Shown here: in pieces, positions 55,284 to 64,000 of the stretch | Layout of the letters: every line of letters starts with the position of its first letter | Position numbering within the stretch: the first letter of the stretch is position 1 | From: a virus | Reading direction: 5' to 3' (one strand) | Length of the DNA stretch: 64,000 nucleotides | Virus record (IMG/VR): IMGVR_UViG_3300025084_000006 | Program-made: the position numbers and the translations under genes | Notes under the pieces: generated by a model | What the model saw: the letters and a program-made list of their open reading frames with translations, nothing else | The model's database searches: none | Told to the model about the DNA's origin: nothing

Positions 55284-57112
55284 TAAACGTCCCTACTTCT
55301 TACATCTTTCCAATTTGCTTCAATTAGAGGATCAGCATCGTCAAACCTAACTTGAATTGGTTTGTCTGATCTAATTTCAACAGGAATATCAATATCCGTG
55401 ACAACAATGGGGTCACTGAGAACAATATCAATTTCTGGTGCTTCTACGTCATCAGATGGTATTTGTTCTAAACTATCTGGTATAGTAATATTATCAGGTA
55501 ACTCATCAATTTCAATAGTTAATGTTGGAGTAACATTTACATTAGTTGTTCCACCACATCCCTGTGCTGATAAACTATATGAAATAAACTCAGGTCCAAA
55601 ATCAGTATATACAATGGATGAATTAAATGTTTCAGTTTTTTGTGTAATATTTTTGTCACTATCATTGCCTGCCAAGTCAAATACAACATTAGCAACACTA
55701 CCATCAGTATAAGTCATCAATGCTGTTACTTGAACAGTTGGTGCTGCAGCATATGTAATATCTACATTAAATTGTTCCCCATAATCTATATTAGCTGGGA
55801 AATTGGCACTAATTTGAGGTATTTGACAAACATTAGCTGTTACACTAGCAGTATCAGTACCTCCAGGACCACTAGCAGTAATAGTATATGTAGTTGATGT
55901 AGATGGACTAACAGGAGTATTTGATGTCAGTAGTACAGCACCAATACCTTGATTAATAGTTGCTGTATCAGCATCACCACTAACAACCCAAGACAAAGTT
56001 GGAGTTTGACCGACTGTAATTGGGTTAGGATTAATAAAAATAGTAGCAACTGTCGGTTCATAAACAGTTAGATCTACACTTTTTGTAGTTGTAGATCCTA
56101 ATGCACCACCGAAATTTTTTGCAGTTATAGTGTAAGTACGTGATACACTCGGATTAACTACTATACTACCATTTAATCCAAGTGGTAAAACATTACCAAT
56201 TCCATTATTAATTGATAGAAAATCAACATTAACACCAGTAACATCCCAACTTAACGTGGCAGAACCAGGGTCAATATAGTTATTAGGAGTAATTGTAAAC
56301 GTAACTGTTGGTGGAGGTGGAGGTAATACCGTAACAGTGACTTGTCGTGTCGTAGTACCAGCAGGACCAACAACAGTTAAAGTATAATTTGTTGATGATG
56401 TTGGATTAACAGTAATAGTACCTGATGGATCAGAAACTACTCCTACATCTGGTAATATATTTGCTGATGTAGTGTCTCCAAATACAATCCACGATAGTAC
56501 TGCAGTTCCATTATATGGAATAGTAACACCACTTTGCTCATTAAAGTTAGTCTGATGATTGGGATCTGTAGAGAATGATGCCGATGGAGGAAAATCAACT
56601 GCCTGATCTGCAGACCATCTTTCACCTTGATCACTCTCTTCATAAACAACATTAATACCTTCTGCTGCACATCGTTCAATAAAATAGTTGTACGACGCTA
56701 GTACAGTAGATTTTCTCATCGAACCCGAAACGTCTAGCCACAAGGATACATAAGAACCTGGTGGTTGACTTCCTAGATTACAAATAGCAAACCAATCTGA
56801 TCTTGAAGCAACGTTGCCGTTATCTCTAGCAACTGTAACAGTATGAGTTAATGAGTCATTAATATAACTGGTTGGTCTTAATAGTTGAGACTGAGTTCGT
56901 CCTGGTTGTAGTAACCAAAACTCTCTACCAGTACCACTATTGTTGGGATATAAATCTCTAAATCTGGTCCAATCGTTAGCAATCGCCTGTGCGCTGCTAC
57001 TTACACTTTGTGGATAAGGTGCTGGTGGTGGAAAACTATTATAATTATTTCTTGCCTGATTACCAACCGATTCGTCAATAATTGATATACATTGTGTCCT
57101 TGGAACTACCAT
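55283..57112 (-). CDS. Adhesin-like paralogue 1 (VWA/MIDAS-like N-domain, Ig-like repeats, shared C-domain)
   Basis: SLWLDVSGSM (DxSxS); C-terminus DELPD...NWKDVR. Confidence 0.8.
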   Translation of the reverse strand: MVVPRTQCISIIDESVGNQARNNYNSFPPPAPYPQSVSSSAQAIANDWTRFRDLYPNNSGTGREFWLLQPGRTQSQLLRPTSYINDSLTHTVTVARDNGNVASRSDWFAICNLGSQPPGSYVSLWLDVSGSMRKSTVLASYNYFIERCAAEGINVVYEESDQGERWSADQAVDFPPSASFSTDPNHQTNFNEQSGVTIPYNGTAVLSWIVFGDTTSANILPDVGVVSDPSGTITVNPTSSTNYTLTVVGPAGTTTRQVTVTVLPPPPPTVTFTITPNNYIDPGSATLSWDVTGVNVDFLSINNGIGNVLPLGLNGSIVVNPSVSRTYTITAKNFGGALGSTTTKSVDLTVYEPTVATIFINPNPITVGQTPTLSWVVSGDADTATINQGIGAVLLTSNTPVSPSTSTTYTITASGPGGTDTASVTANVCQIPQISANFPANIDYGEQFNVDITYAAAPTVQVTALMTYTDGSVANVVFDLAGNDSDKNITQKTETFNSSIVYTDFGPEFISYSLSAQGCGGTTNVNVTPTLTIEIDELPDNITIPDSLEQIPSDDVEAPEIDIVLSDPIVVTDIDIPVEIRSDKPIQVRFDDADPLIEANWKDVRSRDV

Positions 57113-57124
57113 ATCTCAACCTCC

Positions 57125-58015
57125 TCAAATTTTAATAATGTAACTAACAATAATGAATGGAGTAACCACATCATCCAACTTAGTGATTCTTTCTGTGGAA
57201 ATATTTAATACAGTATTCACATTATCAGCAGGGATTGGAAATACAGTATGCTGATATTGAAAATTTTGAGTGTAAAGTGTTGGTTTGGCAATTTTATGTG
57301 TGTGCGATGATAATGCCGACGTATTTGAATTTGAAACGTCTAGAACATTACCAGAACCTGAGTTACCAATATCTTGTCCATCATCTTTACCATCACCACC
57401 AACAATATGAGATGTAGTATAGTTTAGATATCCTACATCAGCATCATGAGCATGTCCTTGAAAGTTTTCGATATCAAGGAATTGTTCTGTTGATGTAGTT
57501 TCAAATTGATATTTGGGACTAGATTTAAAATCATAATTAGTTGAAACAGGAACTCCTTCAAAACTACCAATAAAGTCACATGTTAGTTGAGTTCCTTCAT
57601 TACAAATAACTTCTGCTGCTGGTCCTACTCTATATTCATCTGTATCACCAACAGTTGTTGAAAGATAATCACCAACACTTCTGCTAGGAATAATAACTTT
57701 TGATCCTAAGTCAGGTAATTGAAATTGTCCTAGATCTCCAGTTTCTTCATCTGGTTCTCTAAGATCAACATTTAGTTTTTTAAATTTAGATTCACTACCT
57801 ACACCTAATACCTTACTTAAGGCAAGATATTTTTGAGCATTTTGAATTGACCCATCACACTTCAAAAATCCTGCGGGAATAATTTCCTGAAACGATGTAA
57901 AATTTGGATCATTTACACTACCAAGTGACGATGTTGCATGAGTTTGGATAGATCCAATAAATCCACCAAAATGTGCTTTAATTTGAGAGTAGTTATTATT
58001 GGTATTAAATGCCAT
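57125..58015 (-). CDS. Tail-collar fibre protein (296 aa)
   Basis: IPAGFLKCDGS..Y.AL..VLG..FQLPDL; GHAH and SHTH; C-terminus YIIKI. Confidence 0.85.
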   Translation of the reverse strand: MAFNTNNNYSQIKAHFGGFIGSIQTHATSSLGSVNDPNFTSFQEIIPAGFLKCDGSIQNAQKYLALSKVLGVGSESKFKKLNVDLREPDEETGDLGQFQLPDLGSKVIIPSRSVGDYLSTTVGDTDEYRVGPAAEVICNEGTQLTCDFIGSFEGVPVSTNYDFKSSPKYQFETTSTEQFLDIENFQGHAHDADVGYLNYTTSHIVGGDGKDDGQDIGNSGSGNVLDVSNSNTSALSSHTHKIAKPTLYTQNFQYQHTVFPIPADNVNTVLNISTERITKLDDVVTPFIIVSYIIKI

Positions 58016-58016
58016 T

Positions 58017-59711
58017 TTAATATGCTCGGATTACGTAGACACATGTCATGCCTGGTTGTGTCGTGTTGAGGTTTATTTGGAAAACACCAACATTTCTAGA
58101 ATTATCTAGGTTTAAATTATCATTAGGAGCAGTAACATACACATTGATACTATTTTCTGGTCTCATTCCTGCTCTATCAAAGTTAACATCAAATTCATCA
58201 TGGGTATGAGCAAGAATTTGATCCTGTGTTGCTGTTGATGGACTTTTTACTCCAAAATCCCAACCAGGATTACTATTAAATGTATCATAAGTATCGAATG
58301 CAGAAGGCGCAGATAGTCCAGAATCTGACGTTCCAGCATATTCTAGAAGATCAGGATACCAGTTTGTAAGACCTGACCCTATATTTGCAATAGGAATTCC
58401 ACCGATACCATAATCAACATCTCTTTTTTCTCCAGGACCTTTATTAAAACCAAAGATACCACCAGACAGAGCACCCTTCTTCAAACCAACACCTTCATTA
58501 AATGTTCTGTGGTTTAGTGGTTGATTAAGCTCTGCTTGAATGGGAGTATAAGTAACCTGCTTTGGTGTCCAGTTAACTGGTGGACTTTCTGCATTAATGA
58601 TAGCAAGCGTTCTGCCTGGTTGTCCACCACCAAGACCAGATCTGCCTCTATTGTAGTCTCCCATAGTATACTCTAGATCAAATTCATTATCATTTGTAAT
58701 AAAAATATCACTATCACTAGTTTGAACTTCTGCAGTAAAGTTAAAGTTCAAAGATGACCATGGAATAACACCTTCTCCAGGTTGTGTAGTAGGATTAACT
58801 TTAATAGTATCATATCTACCACCATGCCCATGTCCCTTAATATGTCCTCTACCCAATTTTCTAGGTCCAAAGAACATAACTTTACTACCTTCACCTGATC
58901 CAGGAATGACTATATTACCCTGTAACTTACCACCATAGTAATAATCTACTCCACCACCAGATCCAGGTGTTGTATTTCTTTCGTTTAATTCAAATACAAC
59001 ATCGGTTGCAACATCATTAAAAGATGTGGGCACACCAGTGTCGCTATTTGCTCCAATATATGGTGTAATTTGTGTAAATGCATCCGACTCTTGGTCAAAT
59101 GCTCTGCCTGTAGGAGTACCAGGACCAAAATAATCTTCTTGAACATCAACCAATGGTCTGTTTAAAAGATTTGGAAGAACAATTTCGCCAGCATAATTCG
59201 GAAACTCTCCACCAAAAGTAGAAACAGATCCCTGCTTAATTGACTGAACAGCAACAGACATATCAGAACCATTACCAGAGTTACCTCCAGGAATACTTAA
59301 TACATCACCAACAACATAATTAACACCTGGTGCTAAAAGTTGGAATGTAACTGTACCACCTACACCATTAGGAGCATTGCCTGATTGGGTGCCAGCATCG
59401 CCTACAATGATAGCAAAGTTAGCTCCACCCCCACTACCATCTAAAGGTGAATAGATGTATGTTCCAGGTATTCTTCCTGCTTGTACTGCTGCAGTTCCAG
59501 CAAAATTTTCAATTAGACCTTCAGTTACTGCTGTTGATAGATTATATGTATCTCCAATTGCTCTAGACAGCAAAGGAAAATCACCTGCACTAATCTGTGA
59601 TCCATCACAAGGAATCCACCCATTGGGGATACTTGAGATACCCCCTGTCCATGGCATGATTGTACCAATAGCAGCTGCTTTGGCAGTTCTTATTTCCTGA
59701 TAGAATGACAT
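58017..59711 (-). CDS. Tail-collar / short tail fibre-like protein (564 aa)
   Basis: IGTIMPW.G...IPNGWIPCDG...FPLL...IGDTY; GHGH and AHTH; C-terminus YVIRAY. Confidence 0.85.
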   Translation of the reverse strand: MSFYQEIRTAKAAAIGTIMPWTGGISSIPNGWIPCDGSQISAGDFPLLSRAIGDTYNLSTAVTEGLIENFAGTAAVQAGRIPGTYIYSPLDGSGGGANFAIIVGDAGTQSGNAPNGVGGTVTFQLLAPGVNYVVGDVLSIPGGNSGNGSDMSVAVQSIKQGSVSTFGGEFPNYAGEIVLPNLLNRPLVDVQEDYFGPGTPTGRAFDQESDAFTQITPYIGANSDTGVPTSFNDVATDVVFELNERNTTPGSGGGVDYYYGGKLQGNIVIPGSGEGSKVMFFGPRKLGRGHIKGHGHGGRYDTIKVNPTTQPGEGVIPWSSLNFNFTAEVQTSDSDIFITNDNEFDLEYTMGDYNRGRSGLGGGQPGRTLAIINAESPPVNWTPKQVTYTPIQAELNQPLNHRTFNEGVGLKKGALSGGIFGFNKGPGEKRDVDYGIGGIPIANIGSGLTNWYPDLLEYAGTSDSGLSAPSAFDTYDTFNSNPGWDFGVKSPSTATQDQILAHTHDEFDVNFDRAGMRPENSINVYVTAPNDNLNLDNSRNVGVFQINLNTTQPGMTCVYVIRAY

Positions 59712-59714
59712 TCC

Positions 59715-62700
59715 TTATACGTCCATTAGATACCAACCTGCTTTATTGGGGTTAGCGCCTCCGTTACCATCGGCATCAACCTCACCACAGAACACAAGAC
59801 CAAATGCAGCATTTGGAGTTTGAACAACCAATTCACCGCCGTTATGTGTTAGTGAGAAGTTTTCGCCAAGAGTGTTTCCTGTTACGGTAGTGCCTGTATT
59901 ACTTTGAGATCCTTGAACATTGACTAGAGATTGTGCTCTAACAACCAAAGACTTATCGTAAGATAGGATACCACTAATATCTATAATGCGAACCATGTCG
60001 CCCATTTGAGCATTAACAGGTAACTTGAATAGTGTTGTACCAGAGACATCAACAAAGTAATTGACATTTGCATCAGCATTGATAATGCTAGTATTAGCAA
60101 CAACCCACTTCATACCACCAGTAGGTGAGATGTAGTTAGAAATTCCAGCAATATTGAGGGATCCGTCATCGTCAACTGCAAAGACTTCATTACCATTTTG
60201 ATTAACAACGAAGTCTCCACCATTGACTGTTAGGTCACCAGCAATTTGAACAGGACCACCGAATTTAGATAGTCCATCACCTTCAGCAGATAGAGAACCA
60301 TAAACTGTAAGATCGCCTGCACCTGTAAGGGTTAAACGTTCAGTTGTACCATCAACAGCATAGATGTTAAGGTTACCCCCGTTCATCGTTACATTGCCAT
60401 TAGCAGTATCGATTTCAAATGTAGTTCTTAGCGGAGTAGCAACTGTAACACCATCGTTCTGGAAAGAAGGACCGCCATTGGTGATGGTAAAGAATTGCTG
60501 GTTAACAATCGTAGATCCATTTAGTGTCAGTGTATTTTCAATAGTCGTAGTGCCATTGATATTAGTGTTACCATTTGCACCATTGATAGTAAACTGATTG
60601 AATCCAAGTCCAATACCAACATTACCTGCAATAGTAGTGTCACCAGTAGTAGAGTTAACTCTAAAGTTTTCTACCGCAGGTGATCCACCATCGTTAACAA
60701 TCAATGCTTGAACATCGGTGCTAATAACATCAGCAATACCAACAATTTCAGCGCCATCTAGTCTCAATAAGTCAAGAGTAGTTAGAACGCCACCAAACTC
60801 AGCAACACCAATTCTTACATTAGCAGTAGAGCTATCAATACCTGATCTAGGTTCGTCAATAATGCCATCTGGTACTGTTGGTTGACCAGGTGATCCAATA
60901 TCCTTACCAGTAATGAAGGATGCAGCAGGTTGCTTATCAAGTTTAGCAATTACTGTGCCATCAGGGTGATCGATCCAACCAGAACGACCCAGAGAAGTTT
61001 GTGTTGTAGGATCACCAGTACCTTCTTCTGCTCTTGTAACAGAGATTCTGAATCCTTGACCATCACTAGGATTAGTTACGTTATCTAATCCAACAACACG
61101 CATGATCTCAGACTTTGCTTGATCACGCAGACCTGTAATAGAACCGCCACCAGTAACAATAATGTTGTTAGGAGATGCAGAGTTACCACGATCAAGAAGA
61201 ATTAGATCACCGATATCAAAGTCGCCAGCTCCAGGTGTACTGATTGGTAGGATGAATACATCACTAGAATCAGTAACTCCATTAATATCCAGAGTAATAT
61301 CTGGAGCACCACCGCCACCAATTAAGGAGTCGGCAATCGTTAGTTGCTGATTATCAGCATATCCAGTACCAGTTGAAACAACCTCTACTGATACTGTTCC
61401 ATCAAATGCAACCGAAATATCGAATGCAGCACCACTACCACTACCACCAGTAGCGAATCTAAACGCATATTGTCCAGAAACACGCAAGTTAGAAGGATCA
61501 GGTGCTTGTAGGTTATCAAATCCAGAGATTCTACCACCACCAGCAATGTCCTGACTACCACCCCAAAGTCTTACACCAGGAGTATCAATTACTCTACCAG
61601 TACTCTTATACTTGTAGAAGTCAATGTTAGGAGTATCAAGGGATCCTAGGTTGTGAAGACTAATAGGAGTAGAGAATCTTTCTCTTACAATTTCAATGAT
61701 ACCTGCAGTTGTACCACCATCAAGGATAATACTGGAATCAACTGTTGCAGATGCTTGAACTTTCAGGGAGTTTCTAATGGTAGTTGTACCACCAAGAGAT
61801 GCAATTGTAATCTTATTTGCTTTAGTAAACGCTTCAACTTGTTGCGTTCTATCATCATCAAATAGTCTTGCTTTACCAGTTTGAGTGAAGATTCTTGCTT
61901 CACCAGTACCAGCAGCAACTTTACTGCCAACCTCTAATGTACCACCAGTGATAGTTTGTGCAGATCCTAGAACAACCTTGGAGTCTGCATTTCCCCATGC
62001 ACCACCGATGAAGACTTGAGAATCCTTATCAGCATCATCAGCAACTGTTGCAATGTCTACAAATGCATTTTCTGATAGAGCATGAACACTGAAGATTGAT
62101 CTAGGTACGTTCGTACCAATTCTTACTGTTTGGAAGTCAGCATTAGCACCAATAGTGATCGTTTGATCATTACTGGTATTACTGAACATATCAATCAGTT
62201 GTGCATCACCAGCAAAGTTCAGGATTGTAGCATTGTTATTAATTAGATTAAATGCTTGTGATGTAGTGTTAATATCACCACCATCGACACTGATGTCATC
62301 GGAGATCAAGAAATTACCAGTGATTCTACCATCACCAACAACAACCAAGTTACGATCTAGTTCTCTTTCAGGAGTAACACCAAGAGCAGTATTAATACCA
62401 ACTCTACCACCAGCAGTGTAAGTAGTGCCAGGAGTTAAATCATCACTGGTTGCAACACGTAGAGTTGCAGGTTGATCAAGGTTATTACTATCACCACCGA
62501 CTAGCAGTGCATTATCCTGAGGAATGAATCCCTTCTGGGTAAGTAGAGCACCTGTTAGACCTTCACGCTGATCACTATTAAGATTACCAAGACCATTAAT
62601 GTTGACTATGGTGTTTCCACCAGAATCTTGACCAACGTTATCGTAGCGGTTCTCTTGTACAACACCATTGACATCGTATGAGACTAAAGTTTTACCAGAG

Positions 62701-63998
62701 ATGAATGCAGTACCTACAACATCAAGGTTTGCGCGAGGAGTGGTGAACTCGTTAACATTGTTAGAGAGAACTGCATCAAAAGCAGTTCTTGCAACTGTGT
62801 TAACACCGAGTCTGTAATCTCCACGCTCATCTGTGTAAGTTCTGATTGTTTCAGCACCAAGAACACCTTGTTCTTTCCATTGCTTGGAAGAAACTTGAAT
62901 GTCTCCACCAGCCCAATCTGTAGCAGTGTAGATAGTACCAGCACCAATCTCAGTTGAAATCTGGAATTGGAATGTAACACCTGTTTCAGACCAAGTACCA
63001 TCAACAACTTCCCAGTCACCATTAAGAACGTTGTTAGAGAAGTTAATGATTCTAATCTGAGAATCTTGCAGAATCTTGACATTCTCGTTAGTAAAGGTTG
63101 CAGCAAACTCAACTGTTAGATTCTTTGTTCCATCTGCAGTAATTCTAAAGATTTTAGCAGCAAAACTAGTGAATTTATTAGCAAGAATCCAACCAAGTGA
63201 ACCAGACTCTCCAACATAGCTACCTTTGTATAGAAGATCGCCAGCGGCAGGATCTTTCAGTAGGTTGGCACCATACTCAACAACCTGAGTTCCATAGAAT
63301 GCAGTATCTTCATCCTGCCAAGGTGTAAGGTTAGATGGTTCAGAACCAAGATAGTTAGTTCTCCAAGTGTAGGACTGACCATACTGAGCAGATGGTTTTG
63401 GACGAGCATTTAGAACAAATACAGCGGATCTAATCTTGTTACCAGAGAGTAAGATATCACCATCTGATTGAGTTCTCCAAGAACCAGCAAACAATGTTTG
63501 ATCTTCATCAGCAGAAATATTAGAGAGTACTCTAAGTGCATCGCCTTCAGATGCTTCAACATTGATCTCAACAGGTCCGTTCAATGAGGACTTGCCAGCA
63601 ACTACAATTGTAGAATTAAACGTTACTGGAGAATCGAATGTCGTAACAAGCGTTCCGATGTTCTCATCATCATCCTCAGAATCAATCAATGAAGCAGATT
63701 CAAGGAATGTCTCTTCGCCAGTGATAGCGTTGACTTTCTTGTTACCAATATAGAGGTCGCCGTTAGAGTTTAGACCTGTGTAGAAGACGATACCACCATC
63801 TTCACGTTTTGCCTGAGCGTAGAAGTCTTGCTTATCAGTAAGAACAACTTCTTGGCGAAGTGGGAAACCAGTTGAATAGTTACCAGGACCGAATCCAAGA
63901 TACTCAAATGTGTGGTTACCAGATCTAGCAATAGATGGTCTACGAAGTTCGACGTAAAGTTTACGTTCTGTTGGGAACTGCGAGTCTCCAGAGATTGG
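59715..63998 (-). CDS. Giant tail-fibre-like structural protein, C-terminal 1427 aa (start lies beyond the right edge)
   Basis: The frame is open to the window end (..ELRRPSIARSGNHTFEYLGFGPGNYSTG..), so the track 'start' at 63689 is an internal TTG. The C-terminus LP..AQMGDMVRIID..G.L..ELVVQTPNAAFGLV..GW is typical of cyanophage fibres. Confidence 0.88.
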   Translation of the reverse strand, partial: PISGDSQFPTERKLYVELRRPSIARSGNHTFEYLGFGPGNYSTGFPLRQEVVLTDKQDFYAQAKREDGGIVFYTGLNSNGDLYIGNKKVNAITGEETFLESASLIDSEDDDENIGTLVTTFDSPVTFNSTIVVAGKSSLNGPVEINVEASEGDALRVLSNISADEDQTLFAGSWRTQSDGDILLSGNKIRSAVFVLNARPKPSAQYGQSYTWRTNYLGSEPSNLTPWQDEDTAFYGTQVVEYGANLLKDPAAGDLLYKGSYVGESGSLGWILANKFTSFAAKIFRITADGTKNLTVEFAATFTNENVKILQDSQIRIINFSNNVLNGDWEVVDGTWSETGVTFQFQISTEIGAGTIYTATDWAGGDIQVSSKQWKEQGVLGAETIRTYTDERGDYRLGVNTVARTAFDAVLSNNVNEFTTPRANLDVVGTAFISGKTLVSYDVNGVVQENRYDNVGQDSGGNTIVNINGLGNLNSDQREGLTGALLTQKGFIPQDNALLVGGDSNNLDQPATLRVATSDDLTPGTTYTAGGRVGINTALGVTPERELDRNLVVVGDGRITGNFLISDDISVDGGDINTTSQAFNLINNNATILNFAGDAQLIDMFSNTSNDQTITIGANADFQTVRIGTNVPRSIFSVHALSENAFVDIATVADDADKDSQVFIGGAWGNADSKVVLGSAQTITGGTLEVGSKVAAGTGEARIFTQTGKARLFDDDRTQQVEAFTKANKITIASLGGTTTIRNSLKVQASATVDSSIILDGGTTAGIIEIVRERFSTPISLHNLGSLDTPNIDFYKYKSTGRVIDTPGVRLWGGSQDIAGGGRISGFDNLQAPDPSNLRVSGQYAFRFATGGSGSGAAFDISVAFDGTVSVEVVSTGTGYADNQQLTIADSLIGGGGAPDITLDINGVTDSSDVFILPISTPGAGDFDIGDLILLDRGNSASPNNIIVTGGGSITGLRDQAKSEIMRVVGLDNVTNPSDGQGFRISVTRAEEGTGDPTTQTSLGRSGWIDHPDGTVIAKLDKQPAASFITGKDIGSPGQPTVPDGIIDEPRSGIDSSTANVRIGVAEFGGVLTTLDLLRLDGAEIVGIADVISTDVQALIVNDGGSPAVENFRVNSTTGDTTIAGNVGIGLGFNQFTINGANGNTNINGTTTIENTLTLNGSTIVNQQFFTITNGGPSFQNDGVTVATPLRTTFEIDTANGNVTMNGGNLNIYAVDGTTERLTLTGAGDLTVYGSLSAEGDGLSKFGGPVQIAGDLTVNGGDFVVNQNGNEVFAVDDDGSLNIAGISNYISPTGGMKWVVANTSIINADANVNYFVDVSGTTLFKLPVNAQMGDMVRIIDISGILSYDKSLVVRAQSLVNVQGSQSNTGTTVTGNTLGENFSLTHNGGELVVQTPNAAFGLVFCGEVDADGNGGANPNKAGWYLMDV

Positions 63999-64000
63999 AA

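Noticed and set aside
52024-57112. Diversity-generating retroelement (TR/VR) explanation for the repeats
   Set aside because: No reverse transcriptase in the window, all copies are coding, and the differences are not adenine-specific
1-64000. The many plus-strand and nested minus-strand ORFs of 60-200 aa in the track (e.g. 4537-5046, 10363-10878, 41638-42243, 43439-43915)
   Set aside because: They lie antisense or out of frame within long, motif-bearing genes and show no recognisable motifs; they are shadow ORFs
1-64000. tRNA genes, group I introns, inteins, integrase or transposase
   Set aside because: No cloverleaf/T-loop signatures in the intergenic gaps and no splicing or recombinase motifs noticed by eye; tRNAscan-SE/Infernal would be needed to exclude them formally

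Overview
This window is part of a T4-like marine cyanomyovirus genome (Synechococcus/Prochlorococcus myovirus type). Essentially every credible gene is on the minus strand. In transcription order (right to left) there are three blocks. (1) A late tail-fibre operon: a giant fibre cut off by the right edge, three tail-collar proteins, three paralogous adhesin-like proteins, a Tfa-like chaperone and three 2OG-Fe(II) oxygenases. (2) A ~12 kb early region (32.5-44.7 kb) of small genes, including an SF2 helicase, a GIY-YIG nuclease plus N6-adenine methyltransferase pair, and AbrB-, KTSC- and HicA-like proteins. It carries 13 copies of a 22-bp palindromic box at a fixed distance from sigma70-type -10 elements, several apparently leaderless genes, and an origin-like segment with TTTTCCACA boxes. 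(3) A PAAR gene and the baseplate/virion block (gp25, gp6, gp7, gp8, VrlC-like and other large structural proteins), preceded by (C/A)TAAATA late promoters. The most striking observation is in block 1. Three adhesins with unrelated N-terminal domains (VWA-like, polyglycine, PA14-like) each end in the FIRST half of a repeat domain, and the downstream tail-collar protein begins with the SECOND half of that domain. This suggests a split-domain docking system for interchangeable receptor-binding tips. No tRNA, CRISPR array, integrase or reverse transcriptase was seen. Family assignments come from motif recognition only; no database search was run.
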